Under the pieces are notes generated by a model. The model was not told the DNA's origin. It ran no database searches and worked only from the letters and a program-made list of their open reading frames with translations. A stretch of 64,000 bases of DNA from Candidatus Woesebacteria bacterium GW2011_GWB1_33_22 (GTDB lineage: Bacteria; Patescibacteriota; Microgenomatia; UBA8517), in the NCBI GenBank assembly GCA_000989765.1, contig LBOW01000001.1, positions 47,660 to 111,659 on the forward strand. The letters are read 5' to 3'. The position numbers and the translations under genes were made by a program. Below, piece after piece: positions 28,990-37,788 of this stretch. The stretch's first letter is position 1. Every line of letters starts with the position of its first letter.

Positions 28990-29440
28990 TGTCAAAATAG
29001 GTAAAAGAGTAAAAATTTATCACAAAAATTTAGTTAATTTGTATGGTTGTAGCATAGGCGAAGATACAAAAATTGGAACTTTTGTTGAAATACAGGCGGG
29101 TGCAAAAATAGGTTCCAGATGTAAAATTTCATCACATACATTTATTTGTGAAGGAGTAACAATAGAAGACGAAGTGTTTATTGGTCATGGTGTTATGTTT
29201 ACAAATGATAAATATCCTAGGGCAGCAATCGGTGGGCATTTAAAGGAAAATGATGATTGGAAGCTCGAAAAAACAGTTATTAAAAAAGGTGCATCTGTTG
29301 GCAGTGGTGCAATTATTCTCCCTGGAATAATAGTAGGGGGAAATGCAATGGTGGGAGCCGGTTGTGTGGTCAGTAAAGATGTTCCATCAAACTCTCTAAT
29401 TTATGGAGTACCTGGTAAAATTGTTAAAAAATTAAAATGA
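28973..29440 (+). CDS. hexapeptide-repeat (left-handed beta-helix) N-acetyltransferase (WbpD/PglD-like)
   Basis: Repeated [LIV]-G-x-x-x-x hexads: IGEDTKIGTFVEIQAGAKIGSRCKISSHTFICEGVTIEDEVFIGHGV. Confidence 0.8.
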   Translation: MTIKNDVKIGKRVKIYHKNLVNLYGCSIGEDTKIGTFVEIQAGAKIGSRCKISSHTFICEGVTIEDEVFIGHGVMFTNDKYPRAAIGGHLKENDDWKLEKTVIKKGASVGSGAIILPGIIVGGNAMVGAGCVVSKDVPSNSLIYGVPGKIVKKLK

Positions 29441-31521
29441 TACCCTTTTTAGATTTAAAAAAGCAACACAACAGCATCAAAAAAGATATTGATCTTGCAG
29501 TTGGTAAAGTTCTAGAAGATTCAAATTTTATTCTTGGTTATGAAGTTGATGAATTTGAAAAAAATTTTGCTAATTATATAGGCGTTAAAAGATGTATTGG
29601 TGTTTCTACAGGAGAGTCGGCAATTTTATTGATATTAAAAGCTTTGGAAGTAGGACCTGGAGACGAAGTTATTACTGTTGCAAATACTTTTATTGCTACG
29701 GTTTTTCCAATAATTACACTTGGAGCAAAACCCGTTCTGATTGATATTGATCCTAAGACCTATCAGATGGATTTAAATATGTTGCAAAAATCAATAACAC
29801 CCAAAACTAAGGTTATACTTCCTGTACATCTGTTTGGTATACCTGCGCCGATAGCGGAAATCTTAAAAATTGCTAAGGAAAAAAATATATTTGTTGTTGA
29901 AGATGCATGTCAGGCTCATGGATCATCAATTGCTGGTAAGATGTGTGGATCTTTTGGCATAGCCTCGGCCTTCTCGTTTTATCCAGGAAAGAATCTTGGA
30001 GCTGCAGGAGATGCTGGCGCAATAACTACAAACGATGAAGATTTAGCAAATAAACTAATTGCAATGAGAAATATAGGCCAATTTGAAAAATATAAACATG
30101 ATTTATTTGGATACAACTTTAGAATGGATACGATCCAGGCCGCTTTTTTAAGTGTAAAGTTAAAACATCTTAACTTATGGAATAAAAAGAGAAGAGAAAT
30201 TGCAAATTACTATAATAAATTATTATCTGATTTACCCGTGGTTTTACCGCCAAAATTAAAAAATGGGTTGGTAGAAAATTATCATCTTTATGTAATAAAA
30301 AGCCAAAAAAGAAATGAGTTGTTGGAATTTCTGAAACAAAATGAAATTTCAACAGGTATTCATTATCCAATACCTCTTCATATGCAAAAATCACTTTCCT
30401 TTTTGTGTTATAATGAAGAAAGTTTTCCTGTAACTAAAAAATATGCAACAGAAATTTTATCACTTCCAATGTTTCCTGATATGACGAAAAACCAAGTGAA
30501 AGAAGTATCTGACAAAATTCATGAATTTTATCGAAACCTTGATAGATTGGGAAAAATTGTAATTACGGGTGGTGCTGGATTTATAGGTTCTTCAGTTGCT
30601 GATTATTTATTAGAACATTTTGCTGAAAAAATAGACAAAATTGTAGTTTTAGATAATTTTGTCAGAGGTAAAAAGGAAAATTTAATTAAGGCTCTAAAAA
30701 ATAAGAAAGTGGAACTAATTGAGGGTGATATTCGAGATAAAGAGTTGGTTGATAAGTTGATTAAAGGTGCAAATTATGTAATTCATGAGGCAGCTATCAA
30801 AAATATTTTATGCGATGAAGATCCACGGCTTTCCTTAGAAGTATTAGTTAATGGAACATTTAATGTTATGGAAGCCTGTGTTAAGCATAAAGTCAGAAAA
30901 TTGGTATTTAATTCATCAGCTTCAGTTTATGGACAACCTTTAAAAATACCAATGCAGGAAACAGATAATTATAATAATGAAGCATTTTATGGTGCAGGAA
31001 AAATTGCCAACGAACAAATGGCAAAAGCTTTTAATAAAATGTACGGCCTAAATTATGTTTGCCTACGACCTTTCAATATCTATGGACCCAGAATGGATAT
31101 ATCAGGCATATATACTGAAGTTTTTATTAGATGGTTGGACTCAATAGATAATGGAAAGGCGCCTGTTATCTTTGGAGATGGCACAAACACCTTAGACTTT
31201 GTTTACATCGAAGATGTAGTTAGGGCAACTATCACGGCATTATTAAGTGATATAAAACAAGGTTTTTATAATGTCGGATCTGGGGATGAAGTTAGCTTAA
31301 ACAAACTAGTAGAAGTACTTCTTAAATGTAATAAATCTGATCTTAAAGTAGAACACATTCAACAGATTAGAAAATCTAACTATGTAACTAGAAGAAAAGC
31401 TGATATAGTAAATGCAAAGAAAGATTTAGGGTTTATTGCCACCACCTCATTAGAAACTGGTGTTAAAAAACTTATTGAATGGAGGAAGAAAACAAAGAAA
31501 AATGAAAATACCGTTAATTAA
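29437..31521 (+). CDS. bifunctional fusion: DegT-family sugar aminotransferase (N) + NAD-dependent SDR epimerase (C, GalE/WbpP-like)
   Basis: N-domain has SFYPGKNLGAAGDAGAI (PLP Lys). C-domain starts KIVITGGAGFIGSS with a YGAGK catalytic motif and NSSASVYG (epimerase-like, no DEVYG dehydratase motif). Single uninterrupted 694-aa ORF. Confidence 0.75.
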   Translation: MIPFLDLKKQHNSIKKDIDLAVGKVLEDSNFILGYEVDEFEKNFANYIGVKRCIGVSTGESAILLILKALEVGPGDEVITVANTFIATVFPIITLGAKPVLIDIDPKTYQMDLNMLQKSITPKTKVILPVHLFGIPAPIAEILKIAKEKNIFVVEDACQAHGSSIAGKMCGSFGIASAFSFYPGKNLGAAGDAGAITTNDEDLANKLIAMRNIGQFEKYKHDLFGYNFRMDTIQAAFLSVKLKHLNLWNKKRREIANYYNKLLSDLPVVLPPKLKNGLVENYHLYVIKSQKRNELLEFLKQNEISTGIHYPIPLHMQKSLSFLCYNEESFPVTKKYATEILSLPMFPDMTKNQVKEVSDKIHEFYRNLDRLGKIVITGGAGFIGSSVADYLLEHFAEKIDKIVVLDNFVRGKKENLIKALKNKKVELIEGDIRDKELVDKLIKGANYVIHEAAIKNILCDEDPRLSLEVLVNGTFNVMEACVKHKVRKLVFNSSASVYGQPLKIPMQETDNYNNEAFYGAGKIANEQMAKAFNKMYGLNYVCLRPFNIYGPRMDISGIYTEVFIRWLDSIDNGKAPVIFGDGTNTLDFVYIEDVVRATITALLSDIKQGFYNVGSGDEVSLNKLVEVLLKCNKSDLKVEHIQQIRKSNYVTRRKADIVNAKKDLGFIATTSLETGVKKLIEWRKKTKKNENTVN

Positions 31522-32632
31522 ACCTAACTTTGACAAAAAGGAAGAAAAAGCCGTTATAGATGTATTAAGATCTGGTTGGGTCACTCAAGGACCTAAAGTT
31601 GAAGAATTTGAAAGAATGGTGGCTTCTTATGTTGGAGCAAGATATGCAGTAGCAGTTACTTCTGCAACAACAGGTTTGTTCTTAGCCCTTCATGTAAAGG
31701 GAATTGGTGCTGGAGATGAAGTTATAGTTCCGTCATTTTCCTTTATAGCAACAGCTAATGTAGTAGTTCACTCTCAAGCTAAACCCATTTTTGTTGATAT
31801 TGATCCAAATACTTTTAATATTGACCCGGAAAAAATTGAAAAGGCTATCTCTAGTAGAACAAAAGCAATTATTCCTGTAGATCAAGTTGGTTTACCATCT
31901 GATTTAGATAAGATTCATAAAATAGCCAAAGCTCATAATTTGATAGTTATTGAAGATGCGGCCTGTGCGATAGGAACTAAGTATAAAGGTAGAAAAATAG
32001 GGTCAATTAGTGAAATGACAGTTTTTTCGTTTCATCCGAGAAAGACTATAACCACGGGAGATGGAGGAATGATTACAACAAATGATAAAAAATTGGCTGA
32101 TCGATTAAAGCTTTTAAGAAACCAAGGTATGGGGGTATCCGATGTTAAAAGACATTCTTCTAAAAAAGTTGTTCAGGAGCAATATCCTGAAATAGGCTTT
32201 AATTTTAGAATGACAGATATTCAGGCTGCAATAGGAATAGAGCAAATGAAAAAGATAGATAGGATTTTGACAAAAAGAGAAAAATTAGCTAAAAGATATG
32301 ATAAGGCATTTTTGTCTTCGAAAAATATTATTCCTCCATATATTCCAAAAGGTTATGAGCACAATAGACAAAGTTATGTAGTTAGGGTAAAAAAGGAATC
32401 TAAAATTAGTAGAGATAATTTAATGCAAAAACTACTTGATTTGGGTATTGCCACAAGACGGGGTGTAATGGCATCTCATTTAGAAAAACCATATGTAAAA
32501 ATGCTTGGGAAAATTAAACTTCCCATTACGGAAGAGGCAACGGCAAATACTATGGTATTGCCACTTTTCCCCAAAATGACGATTTCTGAACAAGATTTTG
32601 TAATTAAAAACATATTGAATTTAACCCAATAG
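31502..32632 (+). CDS. DegT/DnrJ/EryC1/StrS-family sugar aminotransferase (second copy)
   Basis: MKIPLIKPNFDKKEEKAVIDV...SFHPRKTITTGDGGMI. Start chosen at the ATG at 31502; the six-frame ORF extends upstream to 31460. Confidence 0.85.
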   Translation: MKIPLIKPNFDKKEEKAVIDVLRSGWVTQGPKVEEFERMVASYVGARYAVAVTSATTGLFLALHVKGIGAGDEVIVPSFSFIATANVVVHSQAKPIFVDIDPNTFNIDPEKIEKAISSRTKAIIPVDQVGLPSDLDKIHKIAKAHNLIVIEDAACAIGTKYKGRKIGSISEMTVFSFHPRKTITTGDGGMITTNDKKLADRLKLLRNQGMGVSDVKRHSSKKVVQEQYPEIGFNFRMTDIQAAIGIEQMKKIDRILTKREKLAKRYDKAFLSSKNIIPPYIPKGYEHNRQSYVVRVKKESKISRDNLMQKLLDLGIATRRGVMASHLEKPYVKMLGKIKLPITEEATANTMVLPLFPKMTISEQDFVIKNILNLTQ

Positions 32633-32635
32633 TAA

Positions 32636-33760
32636 ATGCAAGATAGTGAATTTAATCATGGAATTGGAGATAACCCATATAATAAACACTCTTGGATTTT
32701 GGGAAATCCTAAAATTGCTAAAAATGTATGGATTGGAGCTTTTACTTTAATTGATGCTTTACACAACGAATTAGAAATTGGTGAAGGAACTGATGTTTCT
32801 TCTGGTGTACAGATATTAACTCACTCAACAGTAAAAAGAGCGATTTCTGAAAGAAGATTCATAGGCATTGAAAGTGCTCCAAGCAAAATAGGTAATTTTT
32901 GCTTTTTGGGAACTCACGCTACTATTTTAATGGGGGTAGAAATTGGTGATCATAGTGTAATCGCTGCTGGATCAGTTGTACCTCAATTTATGAAAATTCC
33001 TGCTTATTCAATGGTTGCAGGAGTCCCTGCAAAAATTATTGGTTCGAGTAAAAAACTCTTAAAAGATGTACCAGATGATTCACTTTCGATTACTATTCCT
33101 GCTTTTAATGAAGAAAAAACAATTGAAAAGGTTGTTAAAGAAGTGGTTCAAGAAGTTTCTAAATTATTTAAGGATTATGAAATACTATTAGTTAACGATG
33201 GGTCAAAAGATAAAACTGGTAAAATTATTGATTTTCTTGCTAAAAAGAATAAACATATTAAAGTTATCCATCATAAAATGAATAAAGGTTTTACTGGAGC
33301 AATGAAATCTTGCTTGTTTAACGCTCAGAAAAACTTAGTATTTTTAGCCCCCGCTGATGGACAATTTAATTTTAAGGAGCTTCATAAATTTATTGAAGCC
33401 ATAAAGGGCTATGATATGGTTATTGGGTATAAGAAAGAATCTAGTGAAGGCTTTTATAGAAAATTTAGCTCTAAATTAATTTATACTTTGTATCAAAAAC
33501 TATTTAATGTTCCTATCAGAGAAATTTCAACGGTATTTATGTGGAGAAAAAATGTAATAGATTCAATTAAGATTGAATCAGCTGATAGGGGATCAATGTT
33601 TTTATATGAATTTTTCTATAAAGCAATAAAAAATAAATTTAAATATGTTGAAATTCCAATTTCTTGGCATAAACGCCGTGGTGGTTTGGCAAAAGGAAGA
33701 AATTTAAAAAATATAATTAAAACCTTGGAGGGGATGATTAAACTAAGGTTGCAAAGTTAA
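32636..33760 (+). CDS. fusion: hexapeptide acetyltransferase (N) + glycosyltransferase family 2 (C)
   Basis: N-terminal LbH repeats (IGAFTLIDA...IGEGTDVSSGV...IGDHSVIAAGSVV), then SITIPAFNEEKTIEKV...LLVNDGSKDKTGKI (GT2). Confidence 0.7.
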   Translation: MQDSEFNHGIGDNPYNKHSWILGNPKIAKNVWIGAFTLIDALHNELEIGEGTDVSSGVQILTHSTVKRAISERRFIGIESAPSKIGNFCFLGTHATILMGVEIGDHSVIAAGSVVPQFMKIPAYSMVAGVPAKIIGSSKKLLKDVPDDSLSITIPAFNEEKTIEKVVKEVVQEVSKLFKDYEILLVNDGSKDKTGKIIDFLAKKNKHIKVIHHKMNKGFTGAMKSCLFNAQKNLVFLAPADGQFNFKELHKFIEAIKGYDMVIGYKKESSEGFYRKFSSKLIYTLYQKLFNVPIREISTVFMWRKNVIDSIKIESADRGSMFLYEFFYKAIKNKFKYVEIPISWHKRRGGLAKGRNLKNIIKTLEGMIKLRLQS

Positions 33761-34662
33761 TTTGAATTTGTTAATTTTTGTAATTCATTAACGATATTTT
33801 TATTTTTAGGTTTTCTAAATTTTTCTAGTGTTTTTATTTGTGTACGTCTAAAGTCGACTTTATATTCTTTATATAAAAAAGCCATTTCTTTCCTTAATAA
33901 TTCTATAGTCATATATTGGCCGTTTCTTTCTGAAAGTGCTCTTTTTGCAAGATCTTCATTTATCCAAACCCCACCAGTGTATCTTTGAGGTTGAGTTTTT
34001 GCAAATCCTATTATTTCATTTGTATCTTTTATTGTGATTTCACCGGAAAGATTCAATTTTGGCTGACCTAAATTATTTGCTACATCGGCAATAATTTGTT
34101 CAAGACTTAGTTTTTCTATTTCTGTAATGGTTTTTTTCGATATGCCTATAATATCTTCAACTGGAGGAATAAAATCCATGGTTCTTGAATCCACTCCGCA
34201 TCTTTTCAAAAACCTAGAAGCAATTTGATTACTAAGCATATATCTAAATTTAAAAAGTTTCCCAATATCATGAATAAGAAGACGAGATTTAATTAACCAC
34301 GGATTTAAATCCGGACCACCATTTTGTTTAATAACTTCTTCAATAGTTTCAGCATATTCTGCAGACATAATTGGATGTGCCCAGAAAATTGGTGAGACTT
34401 TTGTGTCACAATCAGTGGCTAAAAGTTTTAGTAACTTGGCTCCTACTTCAAAGTCTTTTTCAGTAAATTCTTTTTTATGATCTGTAAAAGCTGACCCCTT
34501 GAGGATAACTTTGGCAGGTACAACAAATTTTGCAAATCTATCATGTACTTGGGTAGCTTCCTCTCTAAGAAGATTATCACGTAATTTTTTTTTGTCCGGA
34601 GGCAGTTTTGAGATTATTTCTCGTTCGGTCAAAAAGTATGTATCAGCTATCTCATTTTTCAT
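33757..34662 (-). CDS. HD-domain (metal-dependent phosphohydrolase superfamily) protein
   Basis: WAHPIM ... LLIHDIGK (the HD motif); soluble, 301 aa. Confidence 0.55.
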   Translation of the reverse strand: MKNEIADTYFLTEREIISKLPPDKKKLRDNLLREEATQVHDRFAKFVVPAKVILKGSAFTDHKKEFTEKDFEVGAKLLKLLATDCDTKVSPIFWAHPIMSAEYAETIEEVIKQNGGPDLNPWLIKSRLLIHDIGKLFKFRYMLSNQIASRFLKRCGVDSRTMDFIPPVEDIIGISKKTITEIEKLSLEQIIADVANNLGQPKLNLSGEITIKDTNEIIGFAKTQPQRYTGGVWINEDLAKRALSERNGQYMTIELLRKEMAFLYKEYKVDFRRTQIKTLEKFRKPKNKNIVNELQKLTNSN

Positions 34663-34736
34663 TTGAGGAGAATTATAGGATATTAAAGTAAATATGGCAA
34701 TAATTGAGTTAATTTTATAGTAATATTAATAAACGG

Positions 34737-35093
34737 ATGAATATCTATACAATTGGGATTGTCTTAGTTGGAATGATTATCCTTCTTATTACTGCTGAGG
34801 TAATGAGTCATTATTTTAAAATTCACTCAGATAAATTTTACGTTATTTTTCATTTTGCAGGTGGTGCATTATCTTTCCTTTTATTTTTAAATTTATTTAA
34901 TAATAAACTTCTTGCTTTTTTCTTAGTTTTAGTAATTGGTATACTTTGGGAAATACATGAGTGGATATTATGGAAATTATATATTAAAACAAAATTATAT
35001 AAACCAAAGAGTAAGGATACAATTTGTGATTTGGTAATGGATATTTCCGGAGCGTTAATATTTTATGTTATTGAAATTTTACACATATTTTAA
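34737..35093 (+). CDS. small 3-4 TM membrane protein (GtrA-like size/topology)
   Basis: 118 aa with 3-4 hydrophobic helices, in a locus with GtrB-like enzymes. No motif-level proof. Confidence 0.4.
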   Translation: MNIYTIGIVLVGMIILLITAEVMSHYFKIHSDKFYVIFHFAGGALSFLLFLNLFNNKLLAFFLVLVIGILWEIHEWILWKLYIKTKLYKPKSKDTICDLVMDISGALIFYVIEILHIF

Positions 35094-37788
35094 AAACCTT
35101 TTAAAAAACCATTTTTGGGTTTTGTTAATTCTTGTTGTTTTTATCTCTTATGGCCAGATGCTTTGGATGCAACCGTGGGAAGATGATAACGCCTTGTTTG
35201 TTAAACTGGCAAGCATAGAGGATAGGGTTGGCTTTTTTGGTAAAGGCCCCCTAGGAGAAGGAGTTTATAGATTTGCAGCTGTCCCGTTTATATTAATATA
35301 TAAAATTTTCGGTACGTTTATACCAGCTTACTTTGCATTGCTTTTAATTCTTTATGTTTTAGCTACCTTAACAGTGTATAAAGTACTATCTAAAATTATT
35401 GGCGAGACTGGAGGGAGAGTTGTTGGTTTTATTTATGCTTGTGGTTATATTACCTCTGACAGTTTTTGGAGAATGGCAAATAGTGCAACCACAAGCATAA
35501 GTATAATACTTATTAGTTTGTTTACATTATTTTGTTGGCAATATTATAAGCAACAAAAAATTAAGTATTATTTATTGTCACTTTTTTTCTTCCTGATAGC
35601 TACAATAATTGCTGTTTCAAGAACTCACTATCTTGTTGCTGTGGCAATAATTTTTGAATTTACCCTTTTTACCTTTAGAAATTTCCCCAAAAATGTCATA
35701 AAGTTGGTTTTACGCCTAATTCCATTTTTGTATATTTTTTACAATTTAGTTTTATCTTCCAGTGATTCAAGGACCGATGGAGTAGGAAATTATATTATTT
35801 CAATCCTAAAAGGAAAATTGTATTTGACCTATGGATTTTTTTCATCAATTTCAAATTTATTTATTCCGGATTATTTAATTAATTTTATTTTTGATATTCA
35901 AAATAAGTTGACAGTGTTTTTACAAGCCAAAATTCCTATTGCTTATTTATTATTATTTGGTGTTTTTACAATTTTAATATTGTTATCTTTTAAAGGTTTA
36001 AAAAACAAAAAGTATCTTACAATTTTATTTTATTTTATACTTTTAATATGGTTCTTTGTTTCCAAAAAAGTTTTCTTGGAATCATCCTTAGGATTAGGAG
36101 AAAAAGGTATTTTTGTTGGAATACTTGGTGGAGTTATCCTAATTTTGTTAAGTGCATTTTTTATTATTCTTCGTAAAAATAGACAGATATTTTTATTTTT
36201 TATAAGCTGGCTTGTTATTAATTTGTTGGCTTATACTTCTTACTTTCCTACGGTTACCTATGAAACAATTAACCGTTATTTAGCTCACTCCTTTTTTTCT
36301 CTAACATGCGTTTTAGGTATATTATATATTTCACTACCAGACAAAAGTAAAATAAATTTTTTGGTCAAATTAATAATAATTTTATTTGGCATTGTTAATT
36401 TAATAAACGCTGTAATTTATCAAAATAAAATTCTTTATACAAGAAGTTTTCCAGTTAAAAGTTTTTATCAACAACTGTCTATTTTGCTACCTGAAATTAA
36501 GAAAGACGATGTTTTGTATTTTGATGTTTCAAACGATTCACAACGCTTATTTCGTGATGCAATTTCAGCGGCGATGATACCAGACACTGGATCGTTTGGT
36601 TGGCGTTATCAAATATATAGATATGATTTTAGTTTAGAAACAGATTTTTCAAGTTTATATAAAAGAATAACAGAGGAAAAAGTAAAAATAGATAACATCC
36701 ATGCTTTTTGGTATTCCAAAGGTATTCTTACTGATATATCCAAAAATGTGCAAGATTATTTCTTAAATAAAAATTCATATTATTATTCTCAATATAGTTT
36801 AGAAAAAACAAGTGAAGCGATTATAAACAGAAACAAGGATAAAACATTGTGGTTTCAGCCAGAACTTATTGCCGACATCAAATCTCCAATTGAAAGTTAT
36901 GCACCCATTGAATGTGGTATCACTTTTGTGGCCAATCCACTTAAGACTAATAAATTACTTTTTCCACTATATTGGGAATTATCTAATGACAAAACAAAAA
37001 ATGTATTTAATGACCCAGTACAAAAGAAACTTGCCTTACTATATAAGAAAGATATGGATAATTTTGTTAAAAATTCCATTTTTAGTACTAGTAGCCAATG
37101 GTCTGATCGAGTAACTGAAAATTTATATGACAATGATATTGGTACTGTATGGCAATCTGATAGAGTACTCTGGCAAGATAAAAGAGAATATCTAGAAGTT
37201 TTGTTACCTACTGTTCAAAACATAAATAGAATAGTTTGGACACCACCTTCATATCAAGCTAGCGTACCTACAAATTATGAAATTGAAATATCACTTGATG
37301 GAAAGAGTTGGAGAAAAATTAAAACAATAACTAATAAAGAAATAACCAGTCAGATTCAACAAGAGGTAAAATTTGAACCAATAACAGCAAAATACGTAAA
37401 GATGATAATAACTGAAACCCTAGGAGGCGATTCCCCGATGATATCCGAGTTTCGTGTAATACCTAGTAGCTTATCAACGCTTGATTTAAAAAGTGTAGAC
37501 ACATATCTTGAAAGGCCATTTATATTTATTGAAAATGAACAAATTTTTAATAACACGTTAACAAGTTTTGGACAAACAGGCGTTGCTCAATTGTATTACT
37601 TAGCAAATAAAGATAATGTTTGGATTAATACAAGTAAATTAAATATTGGAATTATTTATGATGGAAAAGCTCATTACTATAAAGTTAATTTTCCTGCAGG
37701 TGGGACTAGAATTGAAAATATCAAAGTTTCAAACTTTGCAGTTCCTGGTACAATAACTTTATATAACATCGAATGCAAAACAAACTGA
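35065..37788 (+). CDS. large polytopic membrane protein with C-terminal F5/8 type C (discoidin) domain; candidate GT-C glycosyltransferase (tandem paralog A)
   Basis: N-terminal motif QPWEDDNALFVKL, about 13 TM helices. C-terminal SQWSDRVTENLYDNDIGTVWQSD...YLEVLL...AKYVKMIITET...ISEFRV matches the discoidin/F5_F8_type_C pattern. Confidence 0.7.
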   Translation: MLLKFYTYFKNLLKNHFWVLLILVVFISYGQMLWMQPWEDDNALFVKLASIEDRVGFFGKGPLGEGVYRFAAVPFILIYKIFGTFIPAYFALLLILYVLATLTVYKVLSKIIGETGGRVVGFIYACGYITSDSFWRMANSATTSISIILISLFTLFCWQYYKQQKIKYYLLSLFFFLIATIIAVSRTHYLVAVAIIFEFTLFTFRNFPKNVIKLVLRLIPFLYIFYNLVLSSSDSRTDGVGNYIISILKGKLYLTYGFFSSISNLFIPDYLINFIFDIQNKLTVFLQAKIPIAYLLLFGVFTILILLSFKGLKNKKYLTILFYFILLIWFFVSKKVFLESSLGLGEKGIFVGILGGVILILLSAFFIILRKNRQIFLFFISWLVINLLAYTSYFPTVTYETINRYLAHSFFSLTCVLGILYISLPDKSKINFLVKLIIILFGIVNLINAVIYQNKILYTRSFPVKSFYQQLSILLPEIKKDDVLYFDVSNDSQRLFRDAISAAMIPDTGSFGWRYQIYRYDFSLETDFSSLYKRITEEKVKIDNIHAFWYSKGILTDISKNVQDYFLNKNSYYYSQYSLEKTSEAIINRNKDKTLWFQPELIADIKSPIESYAPIECGITFVANPLKTNKLLFPLYWELSNDKTKNVFNDPVQKKLALLYKKDMDNFVKNSIFSTSSQWSDRVTENLYDNDIGTVWQSDRVLWQDKREYLEVLLPTVQNINRIVWTPPSYQASVPTNYEIEISLDGKSWRKIKTITNKEITSQIQQEVKFEPITAKYVKMIITETLGGDSPMISEFRVIPSSLSTLDLKSVDTYLERPFIFIENEQIFNNTLTSFGQTGVAQLYYLANKDNVWINTSKLNIGIIYDGKAHYYKVNFPAGGTRIENIKVSNFAVPGTITLYNIECKTN

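Noticed and set aside
29437-33760. Treating the aminotransferase-epimerase and acetyltransferase-GT2 ORFs as mis-merged separate genes
   Set aside because: Both are uninterrupted single frames in the sequence as given, with no internal stop or frame change. I kept them as fusions but flagged read-level verification.
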